Shown here: piece by piece, positions 1-10,871 of the stretch
How positions within the stretch are numbered: the first letter of the stretch is position 1
Layout of the letters: each line of letters begins with the position of its first letter
From: Gemmatimonadaceae bacterium
Lineage (GTDB): Bacteria > Gemmatimonadota > Gemmatimonadetes > Gemmatimonadales > Gemmatimonadaceae
NCBI GenBank assembly: GCA_033763905.1
Contig: JANRJP010000096.1
Span: 1-64,000, forward strand
Reading direction: 5' to 3'
Length of the DNA stretch: 64,000 nucleotides
Notes under the pieces: generated by a model
The model's database searches: none
What the model saw: the letters and a program-made list of their open reading frames with translations, nothing else
What the model was told of the DNA's origin: nothing
Program-made: the position numbers and the translations under genes

Positions 1-1100
1 TCGCGTTCGATCGCTTCGAAGAGCGCCTTGAAGTTGCCCTTGCCGAACGAGCGTGCGCCCTTGCGCTGAATGATCTCGAAGAAGAAAGTCGGCCGATCTT
101 CGACCGGCTTGGTGAAGATCTGCAGCAAATAGCCTTCGTCGTCCCGGTCGACGAGAATGCCCAATCGCTTGAGCGGCTCCAAGTCTTCGTCGATCGTGCC
201 GACCCGGTCGAGCAGATCGTCGTAGTAGGTCGACGGCACCTTCAGGAAATCGACACCGCGCGACTGCAGGGCCGTCACCGTGCTGATGATGTCGTCGGTG
301 AGCAGCGCCAGGTGCTGCGCGCCGGGGCCCTCGTAGAACTCGAGGTACTCATCGATCTGCGACTTCTTCTTGCCGGCTGCGGGTTCGTTGATCGGGAACT
401 TGATCCGCTCGTTGCCGTTCGAGACGACCTTCGACATCAGCGACGAGTACTCGGTCGAGATGTCCTCGTCGTCGAACGAGATCAGATTCTTGAAGCCCAT
501 CACCGTCTCGTAGAACGAGACCCAGTGATTCATCCGGCCCAGTTCGACGTTGCCCACGCAGTGGTCCACGACCTTGAGCCCCACCGAGGGCGGCTGGTAC
601 GACGGCGTCACCGGCTGGAACCCCGGCAGAAAGATGCCGCGGTAGTTCCGGCGCTCGACCAGCGAGTGAATCGTCTCGCCGTAGGTCTGAATGGCCGCGA
701 TCACCACTTCGCCGTGCTCGTCGCGCAGGACTTCCGGCGCACGCACCGAGGTGGCACCGCGCTCGACGGCTTTGGCCCAGGCATCGCGCGCATCGTCCAC
801 CCACAGCGCCAGATCCTTGATGCCGTCCCCGTGCTTGCGGACGTGATCGCTCACGGGATCGGCCGAATGCAGCGCCGTCGTGAGCACCAGCCGGATCTTG
901 TCCTGCTGGAGCAGATACGAGGCGCGGTCCCGGACACCTGTCTCGGGACCGCGATACGCGACGAGTTGAAACCCGAACGCGGTGCGATAGTAGTGCGACG
1001 CCTGCTTCGCGTTGCCGACCCAGAACTCGACGTAGTCGGTCCCGTTGATCGGGAAGGTGTCGTGCGTTTCGGCAGCGGTGGGAACGGTCTGCGTGGCCAT
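1..1100 (-). CDS. hppD: 4-hydroxyphenylpyruvate dioxygenase (3' end runs off the window)
   Basis: Absent from the ORF track; translated by hand from ATG at 1100 with GGAGGAG upstream: MATQTVP...[15 protein letters not shown]...DHCVGNV...[20 protein letters not shown]...[43 protein letters not shown]. These are typical HPPD motifs with the iron-binding His/His/Glu. Confidence 0.97.
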   Translation of the reverse strand, partial: [366 protein letters not shown]

Positions 1101-1151
1101 TGTACGGCTCCTCCGGTGGGCACCTCAGGACAGACCGTGAATATACACCCG

Positions 1152-2708
1152 CTAACGGCGCCGGCGGGGCGATCCCAGCAGCGCCCCCAGCAGCGTACGC
1201 GTCAGCTGCGTCGCCACGGCACGGGTCGTCGGGGACTCCAGCACCTTCTGAATGGTGCTCTTCTCGGCCGTCCGGCGTCCTGCCGGCCGCGCGCCGCTCG
1301 ACCCACGGACAGCCTCACCGGGCAGCTCCTCCGTCGGGCCATCGAGGCTCGTCGTTTGCGTCTGCGCGCGGGACCGCTCGAGCATCTCGCGTGCGGAATC
1401 GCGATCGAGCGCCTCCGCGTACTTGCGAACCTGCGCCGAGCTTGCGAGCTGCGCGGCGAACTCCGTCGGCGGCAGCGCCGCCATCCGCGACGCCGGCGGA
1501 ATCAACCGCGTCGCAAACGGCGGGGTTGGCGTGCCACGCGGGGTCAGCACCGTCACCAACGCCTCACCGATCCCCAGCGAGGTCAGGGTCTCCTGCACGT
1601 CGTAGAACGCCGTCTTCGGGAAGGTGCGGGCGGCGGCCTTCATCGCCTTCTCGTCGTCCGGCGTAAAGGCGCGCAAGGCGTGCTGCACCTTGTGGCCCAA
1701 CTGCCCGAGAATCTCCGACGGCAGATCCTTGGGACTCTGTGTGATGAAGAACACGCCGACGCCCTTCGAACGAATCAGTCGAACGACCTGCTCGATCTGC
1801 TCCTGCAGAGCCTTCGACGCATCGTCGAAGAGCAAATGCGCTTCGTCGAAGAAGAACACCAGTTTCGGCTTGTCGAGATCGCCTTCTTCCGGAAGCGAGG
1901 CCTGCAATTGCGCCAGCATCCACATCAGAAAGGTCGACCACAGCCGCGGCTTGTCCTGCACATCGGCCAACTCCAGCACCGAGATGCGCCCGACGCCATT
2001 CGTCGTCACCATCAGGTCTTCGAGCTCGAACTCGGGCTCGCCGAAGAACGCCATCGCGCCCTGCGCCTCCAGCTCGACCATTTCGCGCAACAATACGCCG
2101 ACCGTCTGCTTCGACATCCCCCCGTACTGCTTGAGCTCGGCGGCGCCGTCACCCGTCAGCCACTCGAGCACCGCCCGCAGATCGGTGAAGTCGAGCAGCA
2201 GCAGGCCCTTGTCGTCGGCGTACTTGAACACGAGTGTGAGCACGCTGGTCTGGGTGTCGTTCAGGCCGAGCACCTTCGCGAGGAGCATCGGCCCGAAGCT
2301 CGACACCGTCGCGCGCAGTTGCGCCCCCTGCTGCCCGCTGAGCGACAAGAACTCGACGGGAAACGCTGCGGGGGCCCACGCGTGCCCGGTCTCCTGCGCG
2401 CGTGCCCGCACGCGATCACTGGGCTCGCCCGCAGCAGCGAGGCCCTGGAGGTCGCCCTTGACGTCCGCGACAAGCACCGGAATCCCCGCCGAAGCGCACT
2501 GCTCGGCCACCAGTTGCAGCGTCTTGGTCTTTCCCGTGCCGGTGGCCCCCGCGATCAAGCCGTGGCGATTGAGCATCGCCAGCGGAATGCGCACCAGCGG
2601 CTCGGGATGCGCCTCGGTCCCGTGCTGCACGGCACCGAGCGTCAGCGCCGGGGCATCACCGGCAAAAGCCGCGCGCGCGGCATCGAGGAGAGCGGAATCG
2701 AGCGACAC
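1152..2708 (-). CDS. DUF853/YjgR-like HerA-FtsK superfamily ATPase
   Basis: NRHGLIAGATGTGKT (Walker A), DVKGD, LVFFFDEAH (Walker B), LIRSKGVGVFFITQSP, QHALRAFTP. Confidence 0.9.
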   Translation of the reverse strand: MSLDSALLDAARAAFAGDAPALTLGAVQHGTEAHPEPLVRIPLAMLNRHGLIAGATGTGKTKTLQLVAEQCASAGIPVLVADVKGDLQGLAAAGEPSDRVRARAQETGHAWAPAAFPVEFLSLSGQQGAQLRATVSSFGPMLLAKVLGLNDTQTSVLTLVFKYADDKGLLLLDFTDLRAVLEWLTGDGAAELKQYGGMSKQTVGVLLREMVELEAQGAMAFFGEPEFELEDLMVTTNGVGRISVLELADVQDKPRLWSTFLMWMLAQLQASLPEEGDLDKPKLVFFFDEAHLLFDDASKALQEQIEQVVRLIRSKGVGVFFITQSPKDLPSEILGQLGHKVQHALRAFTPDDEKAMKAAARTFPKTAFYDVQETLTSLGIGEALVTVLTPRGTPTPPFATRLIPPASRMAALPPTEFAAQLASSAQVRKYAEALDRDSAREMLERSRAQTQTTSLDGPTEELPGEAVRGSSGARPAGRRTAEKSTIQKVLESPTTRAVATQLTRTLLGALLGSPRRRR

Positions 2709-2713
2709 GGGAC

Positions 2714-3100
2714 TCAGGGCTTGGCGTGACGGGCAACGACGCGGTTCTGCATCTTCTTGTAGACCGCCTTGGGCAGAATGCCGCGACGGACGAGCTCATC
2801 CTTTCGATCGTACGGTCGTCCCTTGATGATCTTTTCGGCGTACGCCTCGCCGATACCCGGCAGCGCACGCAAGGTGCTGGCACTCGCCGAGTTGAGGTCG
2901 ATCATATCGGCGTCCAGCTCGCCCGGCGACTTGATGGCCGTAGCCGCGAGTGGAGCGGCCGCGGATGGCGTCGCGACACTGGCCGGCGTCGGCTTCGCCT
3001 GCCCCGTGGCGCCGGCCTTTGGCTTGGTGACGGTCTGCGCCATTGCCGCACTGTTCACGCACCACACGGCGACGCAGGCGCCAATCCACCGACGAATCAC
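2714..3100 (-). CDS. comEA: ComEA-family helix-hairpin-helix DNA-binding protein, exported
   Basis: Signal peptide ending AMA-Q, Ala/Pro/Thr linker, then IDLNSAS..LRALPGIGEAYAEKIIKGRPY. Confidence 0.8.
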   Translation of the reverse strand: MIRRWIGACVAVWCVNSAAMAQTVTKPKAGATGQAKPTPASVATPSAAAPLAATAIKSPGELDADMIDLNSASASTLRALPGIGEAYAEKIIKGRPYDRKDELVRRGILPKAVYKKMQNRVVARHAKP

Positions 3101-3113
3101 GAGATCCTCCGGA

Positions 3114-5171
3114 TTACGAGGGTTGCGAGACCGGCGCGGTCGCGTCGGTCAGGGCCAACTCGGGCCGATGGCGGAACTGTTCGAGCGCCTCGGGATTCGC
3201 CAGCGCTTCGGTGTTCTTTGGCCATCGACCGTGAATGATATCCCGCACCGCCAACTCGGTGATCTTCCCGCTGCGGGTGCGCGGAATGTCGGTCACCGCC
3301 ACGATCACCTTCGGCACGTGATGCGGACTGGCGTGGGCGCGAATGTCCCGCTTGATCGCGTCGCGGAGCGCGTCATCGAGGGTCCGGCCCTCGCGCAGGC
3401 GCACGAAGAGCACGATGCGTACGTCGCGTTCGCCGTCCTGCAGGACGTCCTGCCCGACCACCAGACTCTCGACGATGTCGGGATGTTGCTCGACCACGCG
3501 ATAGATCTCGGCGGTGCCGATGCGCACGCCGCCGGGATTCAACGTCGCGTCGCTGCGGCCGTGAATGATCAACCCGCCGTGCGAGGGACGCGTTGCCCAG
3601 TCGCCGTGCCGCCACACCCCGGGAAAGTGCTCGAAGTACGCGCTGCGGTACTTGGCGCCGTCGGCATCGTTCCAGAAGCCGACCGGCATCGACGGAAACG
3701 GCTTGGTGCACACCAGCTCGCCCGCCGCATCGCGAAGCGGCTGCCCGTCCGCGTCCCACACGTCCACGGCCATCCCGAGCCCGAGCATTTGCAACTCGCC
3801 CCGTCGCACCACTCCAGCGGGATTGCCCAAGGCGAAGCACGAGACGATGTCGGTTCCGCCGCTGATGCTCGACAGGCACACCCCCGGATGCACATCGCGT
3901 AGCACATAGTCGTACGAGTGCTCGGCCAACGGCGATCCCGTGGAGCAGATCGTGCGCAAGGCCGCGAGGTCGTGCGTGCGCCGCGGGGTGAGCCCTTCCT
4001 TCTCGGCCAGTGCGAGGTACTTCGCGCTGGTCCCGAACACGGCGACGCGCTCGGTCGCCGCCAATCGCCAGAGAATGTCGGGCTCGGGGGCGAGCGGCGC
4101 GCCGTCGTAGGTCACGATCGCGGCGCCGACGGCGAGCGCCGAGACCATCCAGTTCCACATCATCCACCCGCAGGTGGTGAAGTAGAACAGGCGATCCTCC
4201 GCCCGCAGGTCGGTGTGCAGGACGAGTTCCTTGAGGTGCTGCAGCAGCGTGCCCCCTGCGCCGTGCACGATCGCCTTGGGCAGTCCCGTCGTGCCGCTCG
4301 AGTACAGGATGTACAGCGGGTGATCGAAGGGCAGTCGCGTGAACGCCAATGGCGCCGCCGCATCGCCGAAGGCATCCCACGGTACCGCGCGAGGTATCGC
4401 CGAGAGGTCCGGCGCGTCCTGCAGCCACGGCACCATCACCACCGCCTGAACCGACGGGAGCGCCGAGACGATTTCGGCCACGCGAGCGCGGGTATCGATC
4501 TCCTTCCCCGCGTATCGATATCCATCGCAGGCGAAGAGCACCGTCGGGGCGATCTGGCTGAAGCGATCGAGCACGCCACGCGTGCCGAAATCGGGGGAGC
4601 AGGACGACCAGACCGCCCCAAGACTCGCGGCGGCGAGCATCGCGATAACGGCGTGCGGGCCGTTGGGCACGAACCCGGCGACGCGGTCACCGGCGCTCAA
4701 GCCCGCAGCCCGCAGGCCGTCGGCCACGCGCGCAACCTCTCGCTGCAGCGCGCCACGCGAGAGCCGACCGCGAGGCCCGCGCTCATCCCAACTGATCAGC
4801 GCGTCCTGATCGGGGGCACCGCGGAGCAGGTGCTCCGCGACGTTGAGCCGAGCATCGGGAAACCACCGCGGCCCGTCCTGCGCCGTGGGCGGCGCCATCC
4901 GGTCGAGGCCGATGCCCGCGTGTGCCCAGGGCGGCGCGTCGGTCACCGAGTCGGCGAGCAAGTCGCAGCGACGCCACCACGCGGTCCAGAAGGCCGCGCG
5001 ATGCGCCACCGACCAGCGCTGTAACGCGTCGATGTCCCCCGCTGGAAGGGCCGGGCTGGCGTGGCCCGTCCCCGCCAGCAGCTCAGGGAGTGCGCGGCCG
5101 AACGCCGTGATCGCCGCGCGCTCCTGCTGCGCGGCGGACGGCGTCCAGATCACGTCCCCGGTACGACTCAC
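3114..5171 (-). CDS. Acetoacetate--CoA ligase
   Basis: WSSCSPDFG, YSSGTTGLPKAIVH, FTTCGWMMWNW, SISGGTD, PFPSMP, GRSDATLNPGGVRIGTAEIY. Its GTG start overlaps the upstream gene's stop (GTGA, 5168-5171). Confidence 0.95.
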   Translation of the reverse strand: MSRTGDVIWTPSAAQQERAAITAFGRALPELLAGTGHASPALPAGDIDALQRWSVAHRAAFWTAWWRRCDLLADSVTDAPPWAHAGIGLDRMAPPTAQDGPRWFPDARLNVAEHLLRGAPDQDALISWDERGPRGRLSRGALQREVARVADGLRAAGLSAGDRVAGFVPNGPHAVIAMLAAASLGAVWSSCSPDFGTRGVLDRFSQIAPTVLFACDGYRYAGKEIDTRARVAEIVSALPSVQAVVMVPWLQDAPDLSAIPRAVPWDAFGDAAAPLAFTRLPFDHPLYILYSSGTTGLPKAIVHGAGGTLLQHLKELVLHTDLRAEDRLFYFTTCGWMMWNWMVSALAVGAAIVTYDGAPLAPEPDILWRLAATERVAVFGTSAKYLALAEKEGLTPRRTHDLAALRTICSTGSPLAEHSYDYVLRDVHPGVCLSSISGGTDIVSCFALGNPAGVVRRGELQMLGLGMAVDVWDADGQPLRDAAGELVCTKPFPSMPVGFWNDADGAKYRSAYFEHFPGVWRHGDWATRPSHGGLIIHGRSDATLNPGGVRIGTAEIYRVVEQHPDIVESLVVGQDVLQDGERDVRIVLFVRLREGRTLDDALRDAIKRDIRAHASPHHVPKVIVAVTDIPRTRSGKITELAVRDIIHGRWPKNTEALANPEALEQFRHRPELALTDATAPVSQPS

Positions 5172-7867
5172 GGTTGCAGGGCCAACCGATACAGTCCGTT
5201 AAAGAAGAGCTTGAACGTCCCGTGCGGCTGCGCCCGGTAGAGCACCTCGGGGCCGTACATCACGAGCAGGCCCTTGCCGACATCCGCCTCGACGACTGCC
5301 GCGGCCCCCTTCAGCGCAGCCTGCCCCCACGCCCAACCAGACCGCAGCGGCGCGTCGGTGTCGAAGCGCGCGATCGTCCGGACGTTGCGCGCGGTGGAAT
5401 CGACGCGGAACGACGGCGAATTCTCGAAGAGCACGTCCGCGGTGCTCCCCATACCGTGCGCCAGCGGCGCGGTCGAATCGACCGCCACGCGCAGGACGGA
5501 CCCGGGGACGAAGAACTTGTCGGGCGGCAGCGGCTTGCCGCTGGCATCCACGACATAGGGGCCGACGGGCACGCCGAGCATCGGGGCGATGCCCGTCGCC
5601 GACCCGATCGTCAGCACCGTCCCGCCGGCTTCGACGAATGCCTTGATCGCCGGCACGCTGCGCGCCACGCTCAGCGCGCCCGTGGTGCGACGCAGCTCCT
5701 CCGGGAGGCGATCGGCCGGCGGCGAGGCGCCACGCCCCGCGCCGTCGCTCGGCAACGCGCCGTCGGGCAGGACCAGCACGTCGTACTTCTCGCGCAGACC
5801 ACCGGCGTCGATGTCCTGCGGAAAGACCACCGTGAAGTCGAACCCGTACTGTTCGAAGATCCAGCGGGTCCAGCCGCTCTCCATACTGCCGCCGTAGCGA
5901 TCCCAGAGCGCGATGCGCACCGGCTTCACGCGCGGCGCGGCAATCATCGGCAGCGCATTCGCCGCGGCGAAGCTGACGCCCGTCTCCTTGGCGATACGCT
6001 CAAGCTGTTCCTGCACGCCCGGCTTCGCGGGGATATGCCAGAGCCCCGCGGGATAGGCCCGCACCTCGACTCCGGCCTTGAGCAGGCGATTGAGTGCCGC
6101 GAACGCATCGACCATATCGTGCGTGAAGGTCCAGCCGCCGCGCGGCGACGCGTCCACGCTGCCCGCCGGGACCGGGACTTCACCGCGGAGCGCCTCCGCC
6201 GGCGCGTTCACGGCTTCGAGATGCCGGTCGAACTGGATGCCCATCTGGTACGCCAATGTGTAGCCGGCCGCGTCGTACGGGCGCTTCGGCGGACCGCCGG
6301 GATACTGGAAGTCGTTCGGGTAGTCTTGCGGCTCGAACAGATCGAGCACGTGCGCACGGAACGGCTGGCCGGTGTACACCACATAGCTGCCCGGCAGGTA
6401 GGTCTTGTCGCCGACCGTGAAGCGGCTGGTGGTGCGGTGGACAGTGACGCCGCCGCGAATCAACGTGTTGATGAACTTGGTCGCGGTTGCGAAGTCCTTC
6501 TGCGGACGCGGAATGACGTAGGCCCGCGGATCTCGACGCTCCGGCTTGCGCAGCAACCGCTGGAAGTCCTCCGCGCTCCCGGGCCGGCCATTCATCGCGG
6601 CCTTGGCCTCGGCGACGTAGCGCGGATACATCGTCCACGAGTCGCGGTTGCCCTTGTCGATGCCGTTGCGCGCCATCCGCCAGGCGTTGAGCAGGAACTG
6701 TTCCTTGTGCCGCGACGCCACGTCGAAGACGGCCCAGTTGTTGGTCACCGAATACTCGATCGCCGTGCGGAAGCTGAAGGGACCGGGCTCGATCGGATTC
6801 GGCTGATCACCCGTCGACACCAGGCGGTCGGCGATGAAGGGAATCCGCGACGGATTCGGCGACCCGATGATCTCGGTGAGCAGACCGACCTGATTGTGGA
6901 AGTACACCGCCGTGCGGAGTCCGCCGTTCCACCACGTCTGATACGATGCCCCGTCGCGCATCACGGCGCCGGGCTTCCCTTCCTCGATCAGCCGCTGATG
7001 CATCGCGGTCCCGACGAGCGAGATGCCGGTGATGACGAGCGGATCGATGTTGTGGTTGTGCGGATCGCGGAACGGCGGCGCAAACAGCACCGTCCCCTGC
7101 GGACCGGTCTGATGATGGTTGTAGACGATCTGCGGCAGCCACTCGTGGTACTGGATCCGCGTGAGGTTCCGCGTCTCCGGCTGCGTGATCATATAGAAAT
7201 CGCGGTTGTTGTCGTGCCCGATGTACTTCTGATACAGCCGCGGGATGTCGTTGTACGAGCGGGCCGTGGAGTCCGCCGTGCGCATATACCACGACGAGAC
7301 CAGCTCCATCCCGTCCGGATTGGCGTGCGCCGCCAGAATGATGAGATCGTCGAGGATGCGCGTGGTTTCGCGATCGGTGCGGGACACCAGCTGCCACACG
7401 GTCTCGATCAACTGATGCGAACCGACGACTTCGGTGGCGTGCAACCCGCCGTCGAACCACACGACCGCCTTGCCGCGCGCCGCCAAGGCTCGCGCGGCCG
7501 CGCTGTCGGTGATCTCGCCGCGAGCGAGCTGCTGCACGATGCGCCGATACTCTTCCTTCTTCGCGAGATTCGCGGGCGACGAGATGATCGCCATCAGCTG
7601 CGGCCGACCCTCTGCGGTCAGCCCGAGCGTGTCGAGCTCCATTCGCGGCGACTGCTGCGCCAACTGCGCCCAGTACTCGGCGAACCGGGTGTAGGTGATC
7701 AACCGGTAGTTGGCACCGATCGGCGCCCCGAAGAATGCCTCGGGGCTCGTGAGCGTCGGCGCGGCGGCAGCCCGAGGGCCTCCGCCGCGTCGCTGCGCGT
7801 GAAGAGAGTCCGCCGCACACAACAGCGGCAGGGCCAACAGCAGGGGGCGGAGCGCGAAGCGAAGCAT
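5168..7867 (-). CDS. Secreted M14-family zinc carboxypeptidase-like protein with C-terminal class I GATase-like domain
   Basis: Start reassigned to ATG 7867 (MLRFALRPLLL... signal peptide). Motifs DGGLHATE (HxxE), NPDG, GHDNNRDF, YNHHQ. Confidence 0.88.
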   Translation of the reverse strand: MLRFALRPLLLALPLLCAADSLHAQRRGGGPRAAAAPTLTSPEAFFGAPIGANYRLITYTRFAEYWAQLAQQSPRMELDTLGLTAEGRPQLMAIISSPANLAKKEEYRRIVQQLARGEITDSAAARALAARGKAVVWFDGGLHATEVVGSHQLIETVWQLVSRTDRETTRILDDLIILAAHANPDGMELVSSWYMRTADSTARSYNDIPRLYQKYIGHDNNRDFYMITQPETRNLTRIQYHEWLPQIVYNHHQTGPQGTVLFAPPFRDPHNHNIDPLVITGISLVGTAMHQRLIEEGKPGAVMRDGASYQTWWNGGLRTAVYFHNQVGLLTEIIGSPNPSRIPFIADRLVSTGDQPNPIEPGPFSFRTAIEYSVTNNWAVFDVASRHKEQFLLNAWRMARNGIDKGNRDSWTMYPRYVAEAKAAMNGRPGSAEDFQRLLRKPERRDPRAYVIPRPQKDFATATKFINTLIRGGVTVHRTTSRFTVGDKTYLPGSYVVYTGQPFRAHVLDLFEPQDYPNDFQYPGGPPKRPYDAAGYTLAYQMGIQFDRHLEAVNAPAEALRGEVPVPAGSVDASPRGGWTFTHDMVDAFAALNRLLKAGVEVRAYPAGLWHIPAKPGVQEQLERIAKETGVSFAAANALPMIAAPRVKPVRIALWDRYGGSMESGWTRWIFEQYGFDFTVVFPQDIDAGGLREKYDVLVLPDGALPSDGAGRGASPPADRLPEELRRTTGALSVARSVPAIKAFVEAGGTVLTIGSATGIAPMLGVPVGPYVVDASGKPLPPDKFFVPGSVLRVAVDSTAPLAHGMGSTADVLFENSPSFRVDSTARNVRTIARFDTDAPLRSGWAWGQAALKGAAAVVEADVGKGLLVMYGPEVLYRAQPHGTFKLFFNGLYRLALQP

Positions 7868-7910
7868 ATCGGGGGTGACCAGGGCGAAACGGAGGACGGA
7901 CAGGAGCAAT

Positions 7911-10871
7911 CTACGGTTGTTCGAGCCGGGCGAGCGCCGCGGTGAAGGATGCCAGTTGCGCGCGCATATCGGCCGAGGGCGCGCCGACCTGCGCATCGAG
8001 CCCGCGATGCAGCCCGAGCACCAGTTGGCGCAACTCGGCCAGCGTCTGCGCCCGCGGGCGCAGGGCGGGCGTCGCGACGGACGCGCGCCAGGCGCGCTCC
8101 TCGGCCACGACCACGCTCCGGTACAACGCCTCGACGGTGTCCAGCGCTGTGTGCCACTGCTCGAGCACGGCCGCCGACGCGTCCTGCCGCGCATCGGGCA
8201 GGATGGTGATCGGGCGCTGCCCGACGACTTGGCCGTTCGATTCGACGCTCAGGAGATACGGCCCCGGACGCACGAACGCGGCGCGCGGCCCCTGCCGCGG
8301 CCGGTCGAGCGCGGGGTCCCCGCCCACCGGCAGCGGCGATCGCCGGAGATCCCACGGCACCAGATTGAGCCCGCGCTGGAGCGTGACCTGCTGCCGCCAG
8401 ACCTCGCCCCCGGGCGACGCGCGCACCACCACGGTCGCCGTCGCGCCGCTGTCGGGTGCCCACAGGGCCACCGAGGCCCCGAGCGGGGGGTTCTGCCCTT
8501 CGAAGTGCATATCGCCGGCGTGCCCGATGCGCTCGGTGCGCCGCGTCTGTCGCCAGACGGACGGCCCTGCGGCGAGGGTGACCGTACGGGTCGGACGCAG
8601 ATTGCGGAACGGCCGCAGATCATCGAGCACCCAGATGCCGCGACCGTGCGTGCCGATCACCAGCGCGTGGTCGCGGCGATGGATCGCCAGATCGTACACC
8701 GGCACGGTGGGCATATTCCCGCGGAAGCGCACCCAGCTGGCGGCACCGTTCGTCGACAAATACAGCCCGAACTCGGTGCCGAGCAGCAGCAGCTGCGGGT
8801 CGTCGAGATCCTCGCGCAGAATGACGGGCACGACGCGATGCGGCAGGTCACCGGCGATCTCGCGCCACGTGGTGCCGTAGTCAGTGGAACGATACATCCA
8901 CGTACGGAAGTCGCCGTTCTGGTGCCCATCGAAGATCACGTACACCGTGCCCGCCGCGTGACGCGACGCCTCGATGTGACGCACCCACGTGCCCCGCGGC
9001 ACGTCCGGCACATTGCCGCCGATCATCCGCCAGGTGACGCCTTCGTCGCGCGACACGTGCACCTGGCCGTCGTCGGTGCCGACGTACAGTGTGCGCTTGT
9101 CGCGCGGCGACTCGGCGAAGGCGCTGATCGTCGGAAAGAACGACGCCCCGTCGTCGAGCGACAGCGTCGCTGAGTCGGGCAGCTGGCCGAAGATCGCCAG
9201 CGAGCGGCGGTTCACGCCCGTGGTGAAGTCGGGCCCGAGCTTCTGCCAACTCTCCCCGCGATCGCGCGAGCGGTACAGCCCGCGCAACCCGGCGTACAGC
9301 ACGCGCGGATCGAACGCCGAGACGACGAACGGCGCGTTCCAGTTCGCGCCCTGCTGAAATCGCCCGATGCGCGGCGCCGGCGCGCCCCAGTTGCCGCGCT
9401 TGTACACATCGCCGTCAGGCCACATCGGCCGGATCGCGCGCGTTTCCATCGTCTTCAAGTCCACGCGCGTCAGCCCTTGATACTGCGACGACACGTAGAG
9501 CGTGCGGTTGTCGGTGGTATCGAACACGGTGTAGAACCCGTCGCCCCCGCCAACCAGAAACCAGTCCTCGTTCAGAATGCCGTCAGCCCACGGCGTCGCA
9601 CTGGGCCCGCACCACGCATTGTTGTCCTGCAACCCGCCGCAGACCCGAAACGGCACGGAGTTGTCGAGCCCGATATGGTAGAACTGCGACACGGGCAGGT
9701 TCCGCTGGTACAACCAGGTCACGCCCTTGTCCCACGAAATGCCCAGGCCGCCGTCATCGCCCTTCACCACGTGCCGTGAATCCCGCGGATTCACCCAAAT
9801 GATGCGATCGTCGCCGTGCAGCGTCTGCCGCGGCTCACGCCACGTCTTGCCGCTGTCGGTCGAGACCGAGTACTGCACCTGGTACAGGCGCGCATCATCG
9901 TTGGGATCGACGAGCAACTTGCTGGAGTAGCTCGGCCGCGGATTCCAGTCGCCCATCTGGCGCCACGTCGCGCCGGCATTGTCGGAGCGGTAGACCCCGC
10001 CGAGCCGCTGCTCGTAGGAAATGCTCGACGTGTAGCGCAGGCCCTGTTCCACCGACACGTACACGACCGAGGGATTCTTGCGGTAAATCGCAATGCCGAT
10101 CCGACCGACCACACCCTGCGGCAGTCCCGTCGTCAGCTTGCTCCAGGTCGCACCGCCATCGGTGGACTTGAAGAGCGCCGAACCGGGGCCGCCGCCGACA
10201 TAGCCGAAGGCCTGCCGCCGACGCTGGTACGTCGCCGCGTACAACACCTCGGGGTTCGACGGATCCATCGCCACCTCGGTGACGCCGGTATCCTCGTTAC
10301 CCGTCAGCACCAGCCGCCAACTCTTGCCGCCATCGACCGTCTTGTAGAGCCCGCGCTCTGCGGAAGGCGCCCACAGGTTTCCCTGCACGGCGACGTACGC
10401 AATGTCGCGATCGCTCGGATGTGGCACGATGCGCGCGATGTGTCCGCTCTCGCGCAGGCCGCTGTGGCGCCACGTCGTGCCGCCGTCATCGGAGCGATAG
10501 ATGCCGTCGCCCCACCCCGTGCTCTGACGATTCGTCGCCTCGCCCGTACCGACCCACACCACGTTGGGATCGCCCTGAAACACCGCGATCGCCCCGACGG
10601 AGTGCACCGCCTCGCGCTCGAACACGGGACGCATCGTCACGGCATTGTTGGTGGTCTTCCACACGCCGCCGGTGGCTGAGGCGACGTACATCAGCGACGG
10701 ATCGGCCTCGTACACGGCGAGATCGGTGATTCGACCCGACATCGTGGCCGGACCGATGAACCGGAAACGCACGCGATCCAGCACCGACTCGTCGACGACT
10801 TGCGCGTCGAGCGGCGTGGCAGGCAGCGACAGCAGCAGTGCCCCCGCGAGGAACCCCAGACGACGAAGCAT
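7911..10871 (-). CDS. Secreted VPS10/BNR-repeat beta-propeller protein (glycosyl-hydrolase-like)
   Basis: Start reassigned to ATG 10871 (MLRRLGFLAG... signal peptide). FRFIGPATMSGRI and many Asp-box repeats (SDDGGTTW, TVDGGKSW, STDGGATW, SRDEGVTW, STDYGTTW). Confidence 0.88.
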   Translation of the reverse strand: MLRRLGFLAGALLLSLPATPLDAQVVDESVLDRVRFRFIGPATMSGRITDLAVYEADPSLMYVASATGGVWKTTNNAVTMRPVFEREAVHSVGAIAVFQGDPNVVWVGTGEATNRQSTGWGDGIYRSDDGGTTWRHSGLRESGHIARIVPHPSDRDIAYVAVQGNLWAPSAERGLYKTVDGGKSWRLVLTGNEDTGVTEVAMDPSNPEVLYAATYQRRRQAFGYVGGGPGSALFKSTDGGATWSKLTTGLPQGVVGRIGIAIYRKNPSVVYVSVEQGLRYTSSISYEQRLGGVYRSDNAGATWRQMGDWNPRPSYSSKLLVDPNDDARLYQVQYSVSTDSGKTWREPRQTLHGDDRIIWVNPRDSRHVVKGDDGGLGISWDKGVTWLYQRNLPVSQFYHIGLDNSVPFRVCGGLQDNNAWCGPSATPWADGILNEDWFLVGGGDGFYTVFDTTDNRTLYVSSQYQGLTRVDLKTMETRAIRPMWPDGDVYKRGNWGAPAPRIGRFQQGANWNAPFVVSAFDPRVLYAGLRGLYRSRDRGESWQKLGPDFTTGVNRRSLAIFGQLPDSATLSLDDGASFFPTISAFAESPRDKRTLYVGTDDGQVHVSRDEGVTWRMIGGNVPDVPRGTWVRHIEASRHAAGTVYVIFDGHQNGDFRTWMYRSTDYGTTWREIAGDLPHRVVPVILREDLDDPQLLLLGTEFGLYLSTNGAASWVRFRGNMPTVPVYDLAIHRRDHALVIGTHGRGIWVLDDLRPFRNLRPTRTVTLAAGPSVWRQTRRTERIGHAGDMHFEGQNPPLGASVALWAPDSGATATVVVRASPGGEVWRQQVTLQRGLNLVPWDLRRSPLPVGGDPALDRPRQGPRAAFVRPGPYLLSVESNGQVVGQRPITILPDARQDASAAVLEQWHTALDTVEALYRSVVVAEERAWRASVATPALRPRAQTLAELRQLVLGLHRGLDAQVGAPSADMRAQLASFTAALARLEQP

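Noticed and set aside
312..2729. 805-aa plus-strand ORF
   Set aside because: It is an antisense shadow of hppD and the DUF853 ATPase, Arg/His-rich with no motifs, as expected in high-GC DNA.
5174..7945. 923-aa plus-strand ORF
   Set aside because: It is an antisense shadow of the M14 peptidase.
7911..10871. Periodic DNA similarity inside the VPS10 genes (also 54421-57663)
   Set aside because: These are protein-level Asp-box repeats, not CRISPR or mobile repeats. No CRISPR array or cas gene was seen in the window.
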